Shown in pieces: positions 1-10,141 of a stretch of 46,585 nucleotides of DNA (position 1 is its first letter; each line of letters starts with the position of its first letter). The stretch is from assembly GCA_964652765.1 (NCBI GenBank), contig CAZZBA010000003.1, positions 1 through 46,585 on the forward strand, in the 5' to 3' direction. A program made the translations under genes and the position numbers. The notes under the pieces were generated by a model that worked only from the letters and a program-made list of their open reading frames with translations, did no database searches and was not told where the DNA came from. The DNA is from an uncultured Victivallales bacterium. Its GTDB lineage: Bacteria; Verrucomicrobiota; Kiritimatiellia; UBA8416.

Positions 1-148
1 ATGAGGCGGTATACTACATGTTGACGCCACCTTACTCAACCCGATAGTCATAAAAGCAAATGATCGAAATGGACAAGCCCGGCCAGAATTCTGGAGGGCA
101 TTCCCGTTGACCACTCCATGCGCAGCGGCTCGCCAAGGACGGTTCGCC

Positions 149-3100
149 CTACCCTACAGGACGCTTCTTCAACACGACCAGCGGGGATTTCCAGCCAATC
201 GGATTCCTGGCGCTGAAGCCGCCGGACTCGATGAAGAGGTAGTCATCTTTCACCGTCATCTTGAGCGCTTCCAGGCGACCGAGATCCAGCAGGGTGTCAC
301 CGGACCAGAGCATCGTGCTTGCGCTCGTCTGCCCGCCGTCCTTGATCGTGATCTCCTGCAATTGCGCGCGGTGGGCCGCCAGCTTGGCAGGATCAAACGC
401 CTCGATGGACGGCACCATCGTCACCGTCGTCCACGCCCCCAGCAAGGCCGGATTCGCGACGAACATGCCGTCCCAGCGGAACTTGCCCGCCTCGATATCG
501 ACGGGTTCATCGGAATCGGCTTCCACACCAACCGGTTTCTGCAACGCCTGCCAGTCTGCACACAGCATAGACTTGGCCGCAGCCGCCTTCCTCACCACCG
601 CCTGATCCAATGGCGGCATTTTCATCTCCTCGAACCAGATGCCCATGAAGTTGCCCTTGTTCTGGCTCCGCAAATGGATGTGGAGGAAGCCGGTGGCAGC
701 AACGGTCACCGTTCCGCTCCGGAACTCGGCCAGACGATCCTGGTCGATGTAGTAAGCGATGGGATGCCCGCCTTCGCGCTTCTTGAACTCGCGCTCGCGC
801 TCGAGAACCTGCTTGCCGTTGACGTAGACCCGCACCCCGTCGCCGTTGTTCATGTGCGACAGGCCGCCAACCACGAGCCGGTAGCGGTGACCCTCCTTGA
901 GCGGCGGGATCGTGACGGTGCTGCGCATCAGGAGGACTTCCTTCTCCCAGAAGGTCTTCATCGGCTCGCAGCAGCGGCAATAGGTGGCGGTGCAGGGTAC
1001 AAGTTGGCTGGGATGCCGGCCAGTCAACTGATCAATATAGGGTTTGGGGTCCGTGCGCAGCTTGCCGTTTTCCTGGCCGAATGGCTGCAATCCGTTCTGC
1101 CACCCTGCCTTCTTCGCGTCAAAGTCGGTCGCGAACCAGTTCTCCATGCCGGCCGGATACGTGACCTTGCGGTAACGCGTCTCCCCCGGATTCCAAGTCA
1201 TCGTCTCTGGCGGATCGAAACTGAAGTAGTCCCACTTCATCTCGTTCCAGACCGGCCCGAAGCCGCGCCAGTCGTACTCGTTCACCTCCATCTTGTTGTA
1301 GAGCGCAACCAGTTCTTCAACCTTGGCCTGCTGCCTGGGATCGGCAACCACCGGCTCCGGCCGCACCTCGGCCAGGAGTGGCGTGATGTTGTTGGCGACA
1401 TACTCCGGAATGAACTGATCACGCACGATCGCGTTCACCTTCCTTTTCAACTCCGGACCCAAGTTGGTGGTATCGGCATTCAAGAACAAGTCCTTATGCG
1501 GAAGGGGCTGATCGGGATAGCGCTGGCTGGCCAATACGCCGAGCGTGTCCAAGCCCCCTGGATAACTGGCCAATGTGCTGGCCAGTGTCTCGACCAAACC
1601 GTTTTCCACGGTTACCAGTTCCATTCCGGCTTCGTTTTTGATCTTTTTCGGGATATCCGCATATGCTTGCGCAAGCGTTTGCAAGGCCAATGCCTGCACC
1701 GCCGGCGATGCTTCGCGCAGCTTGCCGGTAAATCCCACCAATGACCACATCAGGGTGTTGTTTCGATTATTGGAGATCAGCTTGCCGATCAGCGGCAACA
1801 CCTTCTGGTAGGATCGCTCGTCGGTGGCCAGCCCGGTGACTGCCGACAATGCCGCCTTGCGCAACCACCATTCTTCATGCTCCAGACAGGTGCAGAGCCG
1901 GTCCAGATGCGGCACGAGCAAGTCCGTGCGGGCCACGCCCAGGCTGTTCAACGCAGCCTCAACCACCCACCACGACTCGTCCGGGTCGTTGACCATCCCG
2001 ATCAGCAACCGGGCCATCTCATCGGTCAGCCGCTCGGCCTGCGGCGGTTCGTACTTGGCCTTCGGTGCAGTCCGGGCGCTGACGGCCAGGCATCCCGCCT
2101 GGCGGACGCGTGGATCCTTGTCCTTGAGCAGTTCCACAATCAACCGGTCGCTCTCCTGCCTGCCGATGGCCCCCGCCGCCATCTCCCGCACGCCCTGGTC
2201 GGGATGCCGGGAGTACTGAAGCAGCACCTCGTCGGCGACATTGGTCGCATTCAACCGGCGCAATATCGGCCATGACGCGTCGGTGGCCAGTTTCTCCTTG
2301 TCCCAATCCTGGACCTTGCCGTCCTTGTCAGCCGCCGGTGTGAACGAGAGAAAAGCCTCGTCCGCTGCCGTGCCCCAAGGCCGTTTCGGTAGCTGATACG
2401 TCCTGGAGTACTTAGTCGCCGGCGCACCGCTGATTCGCAGCGTCTTGCGCGGGATCGTATAGCTCAACGCGATCCCGATCGCCCAGTTATTGGGTGCGTC
2501 GTATTGTGCCCCGTTGAAGTGTGTGGCGCTGACAATGCCCATCGAGCCGTCGAACCGCCGCGATAACTCGTAGAACCATTGACGGTTGTCCATGAACTCC
2601 CGGTATTTGGTCGGCGCCTTGGCGACCATCAGCCCCATCGCGGCGCCACGCCAGATCTCCCCGATGCCGCCGCCGGTATGCCCATGCAGCATCCACGAGG
2701 TCGAGTAGAAGCTCTTGACGGCCGAGATATCGCGCGCCTTGGCGTAGACCGAGGTTTCTCCGTCGGGCGTTAGCGCCGCGGCGGCCGCCATTTGAAACGC
2801 GAGCTTGCCGGTCTTGCCGTTGTCCACGAACCCGCTTTCCGGCAGCGCGTCGCCATACGCAACGTTGCCGTGCCCGGCAAACCGGTAGAACTGCTTCAGC
2901 GATTCCTGCAGCGTGAACTCATCCACCTTCGCCCCGCACTCCCGCGCCAACAGCAGGAAAGCCGAGGAGGGAACCCCGGCCGCGTTCATGTGGCCGTAGC
3001 CGAAGTTCAAACCGCCTTTCTGATTCCAGCCGCGGTTGCACATGTTGCGCCTGAGATAGTCCGCATTCAACTCAATGACTGGCAGGATCGACGCGTCGCC

Positions 3101-3820
3101 AGTACGCAAGTAATACTCGCAGAGACCGATTCCACCGTAACCGGCATACCACGGGTAGGTATTCAACTCCTTGACGCCTTTGCTCTCCTCCACCATTTTC
3201 TTAACCCAGCCGCGGGCGACTTCGAGGTCTTTCTCCTCACCAGTCGAAAGCAGGAAGAGCAGGCCGAGCCCCATCCCGTTGGCACCGGTTCGCGCAAGGA
3301 AGTCCGCCTCGCCACGGACGATCTTGTCCGACTTCGGGCAGTTCAACGGCCAGGTCTTGCTGTAGGCGCCGAGCACCGGGATCGTGACGATGACTTCCTC
3401 GGCCTTGGCTTCCGGCGTCTCCTTGACCATGAACGTGATGATGCCGTCGGTGGCCTCGGCTTTGGTGATGATCGCGCCGAGCTGGACGCGCGGGTCGATG
3501 TCCTTGAGCGTCTGGCCGTTGATCGACTCGATCATCTGCCCGACCTTGAGCTTGCCGGCGGCCTCCGCGGGCGACCCCTTGTCAATGCGGCTCAGCTTCA
3601 TCTGGAATGGCGGCAGCAGCAGGTCCATGCCGATGCCGACCGGCCCGAAGTGTTCGATCGGCTGCTTCTCCACAGTCTCCTTGGGGAAGGTACTGAAGAG
3701 CGGCCAATCCTTGTAATAGGTGCTCTCGAACTTCTCCGATGCCACATCGGCACCGCTCGCGGACAAGGTTCCTGCAACCAACGCCGTGGCCATCATCTTC
3801 TTCACTGTCATCATGTTCAT
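149..3820 (-). CDS. Large secreted multidomain protein (signal peptide, PDZ-like domain, HEAT/Armadillo-like repeats); function unknown
   Basis: Uninterrupted 1223-codon ORF. The N-terminus MNMMTVKKMMATALVAGTLSASGADV looks like a Sec signal peptide. A PDZ-like stretch reads GSPAEAAGKLKVGQMIESINGQTL. Helical repeats with DPRVRQAGCLAV and WWLRKAALSAV resemble HEAT repeats. The overlapping plus-strand ORFs (107..1744, 2792..4114) translate to R/P/A/H-rich low-complexity sequence. Confidence 0.75.
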   Translation of the reverse strand: MNMMTVKKMMATALVAGTLSASGADVASEKFESTYYKDWPLFSTFPKETVEKQPIEHFGPVGIGMDLLLPPFQMKLSRIDKGSPAEAAGKLKVGQMIESINGQTLKDIDPRVQLGAIITKAEATDGIITFMVKETPEAKAEEVIVTIPVLGAYSKTWPLNCPKSDKIVRGEADFLARTGANGMGLGLLFLLSTGEEKDLEVARGWVKKMVEESKGVKELNTYPWYAGYGGIGLCEYYLRTGDASILPVIELNADYLRRNMCNRGWNQKGGLNFGYGHMNAAGVPSSAFLLLARECGAKVDEFTLQESLKQFYRFAGHGNVAYGDALPESGFVDNGKTGKLAFQMAAAAALTPDGETSVYAKARDISAVKSFYSTSWMLHGHTGGGIGEIWRGAAMGLMVAKAPTKYREFMDNRQWFYELSRRFDGSMGIVSATHFNGAQYDAPNNWAIGIALSYTIPRKTLRISGAPATKYSRTYQLPKRPWGTAADEAFLSFTPAADKDGKVQDWDKEKLATDASWPILRRLNATNVADEVLLQYSRHPDQGVREMAAGAIGRQESDRLIVELLKDKDPRVRQAGCLAVSARTAPKAKYEPPQAERLTDEMARLLIGMVNDPDESWWVVEAALNSLGVARTDLLVPHLDRLCTCLEHEEWWLRKAALSAVTGLATDERSYQKVLPLIGKLISNNRNNTLMWSLVGFTGKLREASPAVQALALQTLAQAYADIPKKIKNEAGMELVTVENGLVETLASTLASYPGGLDTLGVLASQRYPDQPLPHKDLFLNADTTNLGPELKRKVNAIVRDQFIPEYVANNITPLLAEVRPEPVVADPRQQAKVEELVALYNKMEVNEYDWRGFGPVWNEMKWDYFSFDPPETMTWNPGETRYRKVTYPAGMENWFATDFDAKKAGWQNGLQPFGQENGKLRTDPKPYIDQLTGRHPSQLVPCTATYCRCCEPMKTFWEKEVLLMRSTVTIPPLKEGHRYRLVVGGLSHMNNGDGVRVYVNGKQVLEREREFKKREGGHPIAYYIDQDRLAEFRSGTVTVAATGFLHIHLRSQNKGNFMGIWFEEMKMPPLDQAVVRKAAAAKSMLCADWQALQKPVGVEADSDEPVDIEAGKFRWDGMFVANPALLGAWTTVTMVPSIEAFDPAKLAAHRAQLQEITIKDGGQTSASTMLWSGDTLLDLGRLEALKMTVKDDYLFIESGGFSARNPIGWKSPLVVLKKRPVG

Positions 3821-4471
3821 AAGACTCCTATATTCCTTCCTTACCCAAAGGCATTTCCATGCTCAGCAACAAGCAGACCGAGTTCCGATGCTTGCGCACA
3901 GGCATCCTCAACATCATCGCTGCCCGCCTCATCTACAAACCGTTCTGCGAGTGCGGATGAATCCTCCAATCCGTACGTTACTGTACAGAAAACCGAGCAG
4001 GTCTCCAGCTCTATTTGTCAGGACCAAGCTTACAGCCAACATCTGCCTCGGCATACACGCTACCCCTCCGCACCATCAGCATCGTCGGCAACACCTTCGT
4101 GCCGCCGGGCATGACGGCAGCCGACGTCGCCATCCTCCAGCGCATCGCGCATGAGACCGTGACCGAAGGGCAAAAGCCCAAGAAGTGATCTGGAAAATCA
4201 TCGGCAGAACTGCTGGCCGACGGCATTACCGGCAAATACGCGGTTGATGCCGGCCAGCGAGCCAAGGCTGACATTCAGGCCATTGCCGAACGGCAGAATG
4301 CAAAACTTGAGGAAGTCCTGGAGGAGTAGGCGTAAAGCAGAGATCAGGAAATCGGATTCCGCAACCATTTCATATTTTTTGGTGTTTTTTGATTGCGTTT
4401 CGTAGGGGGGTAGATTAGCGTGTTGGGCTTTGTTGAGTTGGCCGGGGCCAATTCCTAAATCTACAGGAGAT

Positions 4472-6568
4472 ATGATGACCGTCAACATGTGGCTATACCT
4501 CGCCATCGGGCTAGGAGTTGTTTCCCTTGCGTTCGCCTTGTACCTTTATGCATGGGTCACCCGACAAGACTCTGGCAGCGCCCGCGCACAGGAGATCGCC
4601 GGGTACATCCAGGAAGGCGCGCGTGCGTACCTGGCGAAACTCTACAGCGCCCTCGCCATGCTGGTGCTGGTGCTCGGGGTGGTCATTGCGGCGGTATTCA
4701 GTATAGACATGCTGGAGTCCGTCAAGCTCGGGACGTTTGTGGGCGCCAAGAATCCGCTGGAGGGGCTGTACACCGCGCTCGCCTTCGTCGCTGGCGCCGG
4801 CTGCTCGGGGATCGCCGGATATCTCGGAATGAGCATCGCCGTGCGTGCGAATCTCCGCGCCGCGGTTGCCGCGAAGGTGGGGCTCAATCCGGCCTTCAAG
4901 GTGGCGTTCTACGCCGGAGCGGTGCTGGGCATGGCCATGGTAGGGACGGCAGTCATCGGCATCTCGGTCATCTACCTGTTGACGTCCGATCCCGAGATCA
5001 TCCTGGGCTTCTCGTTCGGCGCCTCCGCCATGGCACTGCTCGCGAAAGCGGGCGGCGGAATCTTCACCAAGTCGGCAGATATCGCGGCGGACCTGGTGGG
5101 CAAGGTCGAGGCCGGGATTCCCGAAGACGATCCGCGCAACCCCGCCGTTATCGCTGACAACGTCGGCGACAACGTTGGCGATGTCGCCGGAATGGGAGCG
5201 GACATCTTCGACTCGTACGTGGCATCGGCCGTGGCGGCCATGATCCTGGGCGTGAGCGTGGGGCGCGACACGGGCAACCCGGTGTACGTTATATTCCCGC
5301 TGATCCTCTGCGCGGTCGGGATGCTGGCCACGTTCCTGGGTATCCAGTTCGTGCGCGTCGGCAAGAACGGCCGTCCCGGCGATGCCCTCAACAAGGGCAC
5401 GATCATCACCTGCGTCATCTTCGGCATCCTGGCGACCCTGCTGGTGTTGTTGGGCAACTTCAACCCCGGTGTGCTGATCGCGACGATCTCCGGGCTCGTC
5501 ATCGCGGTCATGATCGGGTTCAGCACCGACTTCTTCACGAACGACGAGCACCGCCCCGTCCAGCAGGTGGCTGCGATGTCGAAGTCCGGCTCGGCGATCA
5601 CCATCATCACGGGCATGAGCTACGGGCTGATTTCCGTCGCCCCGAGCGTGATCGGGATCGTCATCGCGACGCTCGTCTCGTACTTCTCCGCCGATGCGTT
5701 CGGAATCAGCGGCATCTATGGCATCGGCATCGCGGCCGTCGGCATGCTCTCGATCACGGGGGTGATCGTGTCCGCCGACGCCTATGGGCCGATCGTGGAC
5801 AATGCCAAGGGCATTGCGGAGATGGCGAACCTGGGCCACGAGGTAGTCGAGCGGTGCGATACTCTCGACTCGGCGGGCAACACGGCAAAAGCCATCACCA
5901 AGGGGTTTGCGATCAGCGCCGCGGCGCTGACAGTACTCGCACTTTTCGCTGCTTATGGGGAGATCCTGGAAGGCCTGGGCATCCCGCTCAAAATGGACTT
6001 GCAGTCGCCGATGGTGCTTGCCGGCGTACTGCTAGGCGCGACATGCCCGCCGATCTTCTCTGCCTTGCTGATGCTCGCCGTGACGAAGAACGCCTTCCTG
6101 ATGATCGAGGAGATCCGCCTCCAGTTCCGTACGCATCCGGGGATACTGAAAGGTACCGAGGTCCCGGACTATGCGCGCTGCGTGTCGATCGCCTCGGCTG
6201 GCGCGTTGTCGTCGCTGGTCCTGCCGGCCGCCATCGCGGTGGTCGTGCCCTTGGTTGTCGGACTGCTGCTGGGAACGGACGCCCTGGGCGGCTTCCTCGG
6301 GGGATCGATCTTCACTGGGGTTATCTTCGCCTTGTTCATGTCCAATTCGGGTGGCCTGTGGGACAACGGCAAGAAATACATCGAGGCCGGACACCATGGT
6401 GGACCGGGGTCGGACGCCCATAAGGCCGCCGTCGTTGGTGACACCGTCGGCGACCCGTTCAAGGATACGGCGGGGCCCTCCATCAACACCCTCATCACGG
6501 TGATGTCGCTGGTCAGTTCCCTCTTCGCGCCCGTCATCGCGGCGCTCACGTTATCCAACTTGTTCTAG
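4472..6568 (+). CDS. hppA: Membrane-bound proton-translocating pyrophosphatase (K+-independent type)
   Basis: Polytopic membrane ORF with hallmark H+-PPase motifs GGGIFTKSADIAADLVGKVE and DDPRNPAVIADNVGDNVGDVAGMGADIFDSY. GNTAKAITKGFAI is also present, and Lys at the GNTxKA position is the known signature of K+-independent enzymes. The track ORF starts at TTG 4430. I prefer ATG 4472 or 4475, directly after AGGAGA (4465-4470). Confidence 0.93.
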   Translation: MMTVNMWLYLAIGLGVVSLAFALYLYAWVTRQDSGSARAQEIAGYIQEGARAYLAKLYSALAMLVLVLGVVIAAVFSIDMLESVKLGTFVGAKNPLEGLYTALAFVAGAGCSGIAGYLGMSIAVRANLRAAVAAKVGLNPAFKVAFYAGAVLGMAMVGTAVIGISVIYLLTSDPEIILGFSFGASAMALLAKAGGGIFTKSADIAADLVGKVEAGIPEDDPRNPAVIADNVGDNVGDVAGMGADIFDSYVASAVAAMILGVSVGRDTGNPVYVIFPLILCAVGMLATFLGIQFVRVGKNGRPGDALNKGTIITCVIFGILATLLVLLGNFNPGVLIATISGLVIAVMIGFSTDFFTNDEHRPVQQVAAMSKSGSAITIITGMSYGLISVAPSVIGIVIATLVSYFSADAFGISGIYGIGIAAVGMLSITGVIVSADAYGPIVDNAKGIAEMANLGHEVVERCDTLDSAGNTAKAITKGFAISAAALTVLALFAAYGEILEGLGIPLKMDLQSPMVLAGVLLGATCPPIFSALLMLAVTKNAFLMIEEIRLQFRTHPGILKGTEVPDYARCVSIASAGALSSLVLPAAIAVVVPLVVGLLLGTDALGGFLGGSIFTGVIFALFMSNSGGLWDNGKKYIEAGHHGGPGSDAHKAAVVGDTVGDPFKDTAGPSINTLITVMSLVSSLFAPVIAALTLSNLF

Positions 6569-6607
6569 CCGTATCGGTACGGAAAAGAAGGCATTGGGGA
6601 GCATCAA

Positions 6608-7459
6608 TCAATCCAGGAATGCGGTCGCCTCGGACCACCAGGATGCGGATATCCCGTAATCAAGGGTGTTGTGGCCGCGGCCATCCTGTATCCACAATCG
6701 CTTGGGACCTTGGTATTCCTCATAGAGCCGCTTACCGAAGGCTGGCGGGATGACTTTATCATCACCCGCCAGCAGGATTCCTGTTGGACCGCGATACCGC
6801 GTCAACGCCTGGCTGGATTCGAAGCGATCACGCAGGAGGAGCGCCACCGGCAGGATCGGGTAGTGGTGATGCGCCACGTCGACCAAGCGGTTGAAGGCGG
6901 TAATCAGGAAAATCCCCGCGATCTGCTCCGGATGTTCGCCAGCCAGCCAGCAGGCAACGCCGCTGCCGAGGGATTCCCCGGCAAGGAAGATCCGGCTGCC
7001 GGGGTGATCCTGCCGGAGTTGCGCCAGGGCTTCGGCGGCGGCGGCCTGGAAGGCTTTCTCTGACGGGTCGCCGGGGCGGGGTCCATAGCCGGGGTATTCC
7101 ATCAGGAACACATGAAAGGCAGGCTCCGCGGGGGGCTGCCGGAAACCGTCTGCCAGGTAGGTGCGATGCAGGGCAAAGCCGGCGTTGCCATTGAAGACAA
7201 GCAGGAGGTCGGCCGCCGGGGGCGGTTTGGTTGCGGGCTGCCAGCCGATATAGCCGCCATTGCCGCTGTGCCATGGGACCAGTCCGTTGCTGGCCGCCAG
7301 CGGGATCAGGTCCGTCTCGCCCGCCCGCGTCGGGTAGTACAGCATCCGCCGCTGGAAGAAGGCCAGATAGAAAGAAAAGCCGATGTATACCAGCACGAGC
7401 ATTCGAGCGGTCACGAAGAGCACGCGAGCCAGCGGATTCCCTGCAAAAACCTTTTTCAT
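6608..7459 (-). CDS. Alpha/beta-fold hydrolase with N-terminal membrane anchor
   Basis: Nucleophile elbow GESLGSG, downstream Asp, and a His in DGRGHNT. The hydrophobic N-terminus is MKKVFAGNPLARVLFVTARMLVLVYIGF. Start moved to internal ATG 7459, because the upstream 52 codons of the track ORF overlap the divergent U32 gene start. Confidence 0.75.
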   Translation of the reverse strand: MKKVFAGNPLARVLFVTARMLVLVYIGFSFYLAFFQRRMLYYPTRAGETDLIPLAASNGLVPWHSGNGGYIGWQPATKPPPAADLLLVFNGNAGFALHRTYLADGFRQPPAEPAFHVFLMEYPGYGPRPGDPSEKAFQAAAAEALAQLRQDHPGSRIFLAGESLGSGVACWLAGEHPEQIAGIFLITAFNRLVDVAHHHYPILPVALLLRDRFESSQALTRYRGPTGILLAGDDKVIPPAFGKRLYEEYQGPKRLWIQDGRGHNTLDYGISASWWSEATAFLD

Positions 7460-7607
7460 GGGAATGAGCCTAAGCCGGTTCCGGCTGGCTGGCAAGCCTA
7501 ACCTGATGCAATGGCATGGCAATTTGCCTTTACTTGCAAGCCCTGCCGACGCATCCTTATCCGCCACGCCTGATAAACGAACGTCGAGATTTCCGGAGTG
7601 AACTGCC

Positions 7608-10106
7608 ATGAACAACAGCCCCGCCCCTGAACTGCTGGCCCCGGCGGGCGGACCCGACGCCGGCTACGCCGCGCTGCATTTCGGCGCGGATGCGGTTTAC
7701 CTGGGGCTGAGGCGGTTCTCGGCGCGGGCGGAAGCGGAGAACTTCACGCTCCCCGAACTCGAGGCATTCACGGCATACGCGCATTCCCTGACACCACGCC
7801 GCCTCGTTTATGTCACGCTGAACACGCTGGTGCGGGACGACGAGACCGACGAGGCGGCCGGCATGCTGCAGGATTGCGCCGACGCGGGCGCCGACGCGGT
7901 GATTGTCCAGGACCTGGGACTGGCCCGCATCGCCCAGACCGCGCTGCCCGGACTGGGGCTGCACGCCAGCACCCAGATGGCCATCCACAGCCGGGCAGGG
8001 GTGATCGGCGCGCGGCAGGCTGGATTCGCGCGGGTCAACACGGCCCGCGAACTGACGCTTGCGGATCTGCGGGACTGCGCATCGGTGCCGGGAATCCAGA
8101 TCGAGACGTTCGTGCACGGCGCGCTCTGCTACAGCTACAGCGGCCTTTGCCTGTATTCCTCGCTGCTGCGCGGACGCAGCGGCAACCGCGGCAGCTGCGC
8201 CTACCCTTGCCGCGACCGGTTCAAGGCCGATCACCAGCCGGATTCCGAGGGCTTGTTCGCGTTCTCCATGAAGGACCTGGCGCTCCCTGAACAGATCAGC
8301 GCGCTGCGCGAGGCGGGCGTCGCCAGCCTGAAAATCGAGGGCCGGAAGAAAAGCCCGCTGTATGTGGCCACGGTGACCGCGCTCTACCGGCGGATTCTCG
8401 ACGGGGGTGCCGCACCCGAGGAGCTGGAAGCCATCACCGAAGATGTCAAGACCGTGTTCAGCCGCCCTTGGACCAGCCTGTTCTCCAGCGGGCGGCGATC
8501 ACTGGATACGATTGATGACCAGACCGTCGGACACCGCGGGGCGCGGGTCGGCGACGTGATCTCCGTGCGCCGGAACGCTGGCGAGTCAAGGCTCCGGTTC
8601 AGCTCATGCCGTCCGATCGAACGGCATGACGGAATACAGGTGGATGTGGACGGGGAGGACAAACCCTTCGGGTTCTCCGCGCAATCGCTCTATATGGTCG
8701 GCCAGGATGGAACGACGCGCAGCGTTTTCGAGACGCCTGAAGGGGCAATCGTGGAAGTAACGCTACCTCCCGGTTCCCCCACCCTTCTTCCCGGCACACC
8801 GGTCTACTGCGCCTCATCCCAGAAGACAAAACGCGAGTACCCCTTCCTCCGCCCTGCCGCCAGCGCGTTCCGCCTGCGATTCCGGCTGGATGCGACCATA
8901 CGGGTTTTCCCGGACCGGATCACCGCGGACGCGGAAGCCTTTGACGCCACCGGGGTAGGAATGGCCGCGGGAAGTGCCGACGTCAAGGGGGCGTTCACCC
9001 CGGCGCAGGATCCGCAGCGCAGCGAGAGCGCCGCACGGGACGCGTTTACCAAACTGGGGGAAACCCCGTTCCAGCCCGGGGATATCCGTTTCGAGAATCC
9101 CGATTCCCTGTTTGCCCCCGTCTCCCTGCTGAACAGGCTGCGGCGGGAACTGACCGACATCCTGGCGGAACAACTGGCCGCGAACCGTGCCGCGAGACGC
9201 GAGACGCTGGTTGCCTCGTTTTCGCCGGACCGGATGCCACACCGCCCCTGCCCCGCAACACGGGAGGAATGGGTAATGGCGATTGATCGCGCGGAGACGC
9301 TGGATGGGTTCAGCGATCTGGCATCCGTGGACGAGGTGATCTACCGCCTGGACACGAGAAACCGCATCCAGGTCAACGACCAGCTAAGGACGCTGATCGC
9401 CCGGATCGGCGTGGAGCGTCTCCGCATCGGGTTGCCGCTGATCGTGCGTGACCACGAGACAGACGCGACGAGACAGGCCGTTTCCGACGCAGCGGGACTC
9501 GGGGTCGTCCGGTGGGAGGTCTTCGGCATGGGGGGAAGACAGATACTGGCGACAACCGTGCCGGACGCCGATGACATCATCGCCGGATGGCCGCTGTATG
9601 CGCTGAACCGGGAGTCTGCCGCCTGGATCCTGGCTCACGGATACCGGGGCATCACCGTCTCCCCCGAGGACGGGATGGACAACATCCTCGCGCTATTGAA
9701 GGCCTTCGGTGACCGGATCACGATGCCGGTCTACCTGGACCCGCCGATGATGATTTCCGAATCCTGCGCGCCGTCCCGGTTCCAGGGCGGCTGCCCCGGC
9801 ACAGGCCAGTGCAGCAGTACCTCGACGCGACTTCGCTCCGCACACGGCGAACAGGTGACGCTGCACCGCGACGGGTGCCGCAGCATCGTGCTGAACAGCG
9901 CGCCGTTCAGCCGCCTGCCCCAGCTCCCCGGACTGCGGGCCGGTGGTGCCCGGCGGTTCCTGGCGGAGTTCGTGCATCGCGAATGGAGCACGCAGGACAC
10001 GGCCCGGATATGGCGCGACATCCGCACGGGCAGGAACCCTGATTTCGCCTCCCGGCTTTCCCCCGCAGGGCTGGCCGGAGCCCGGTCCTGCGCCGACGAA
10101 CCCTGA
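7608..10106 (+). CDS. Peptidase U32 family protein (long form)
   Basis: N-terminus PELLAPAGGPDAGYAALHFGADAVYLGLRRFSARA, plus ALCYSYSGLCLYSS and LKIEGRKKSPLYVATVTALYRRILDG, are typical of U32 (PrtC/YhbU-like) proteins. An extended C-terminal region follows. The ORF is 832 codons. Confidence 0.8.
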   Translation: MNNSPAPELLAPAGGPDAGYAALHFGADAVYLGLRRFSARAEAENFTLPELEAFTAYAHSLTPRRLVYVTLNTLVRDDETDEAAGMLQDCADAGADAVIVQDLGLARIAQTALPGLGLHASTQMAIHSRAGVIGARQAGFARVNTARELTLADLRDCASVPGIQIETFVHGALCYSYSGLCLYSSLLRGRSGNRGSCAYPCRDRFKADHQPDSEGLFAFSMKDLALPEQISALREAGVASLKIEGRKKSPLYVATVTALYRRILDGGAAPEELEAITEDVKTVFSRPWTSLFSSGRRSLDTIDDQTVGHRGARVGDVISVRRNAGESRLRFSSCRPIERHDGIQVDVDGEDKPFGFSAQSLYMVGQDGTTRSVFETPEGAIVEVTLPPGSPTLLPGTPVYCASSQKTKREYPFLRPAASAFRLRFRLDATIRVFPDRITADAEAFDATGVGMAAGSADVKGAFTPAQDPQRSESAARDAFTKLGETPFQPGDIRFENPDSLFAPVSLLNRLRRELTDILAEQLAANRAARRETLVASFSPDRMPHRPCPATREEWVMAIDRAETLDGFSDLASVDEVIYRLDTRNRIQVNDQLRTLIARIGVERLRIGLPLIVRDHETDATRQAVSDAAGLGVVRWEVFGMGGRQILATTVPDADDIIAGWPLYALNRESAAWILAHGYRGITVSPEDGMDNILALLKAFGDRITMPVYLDPPMMISESCAPSRFQGGCPGTGQCSSTSTRLRSAHGEQVTLHRDGCRSIVLNSAPFSRLPQLPGLRAGGARRFLAEFVHREWSTQDTARIWRDIRTGRNPDFASRLSPAGLAGARSCADEP

Positions 10107-10141
10107 TTCCAAAGTACAGGAAATTTTTCTAGAGATATACC

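Noticed and set aside
107-1744. 545-aa plus-strand ORF, and similar long ORFs antisense to or out of frame with assigned genes. Examples: 2792..4114, 4511..5839, 13500..14471, 17044..17853, 18329..19468, 20916..22178, 24905..26170, 26221..27474, 30716..31837, 32476..33219, 36262..37200, 37264..38103, 39069..39992, 40227..41045, 41666..42490, 42105..43022, 42895..43731, 44026..44751.
   Set aside because: Their translations are Arg/Pro/Ala/Gly/His-rich low-complexity strings with no recognisable motifs. Each is fully shadowed by an ORF on the other strand or frame that does carry clear family signatures. Such shadow ORFs are expected in high-G+C DNA, where stop codons are rare.
4186-4188. In-frame TGA within the protein-like frame upstream of hppA as a selenocysteine or programmed readthrough codon.
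   Set aside because: I saw no SECIS-like hairpin immediately downstream. A second in-frame TGA (3958-3960) and the absence of a credible start fit decay better than recoding.
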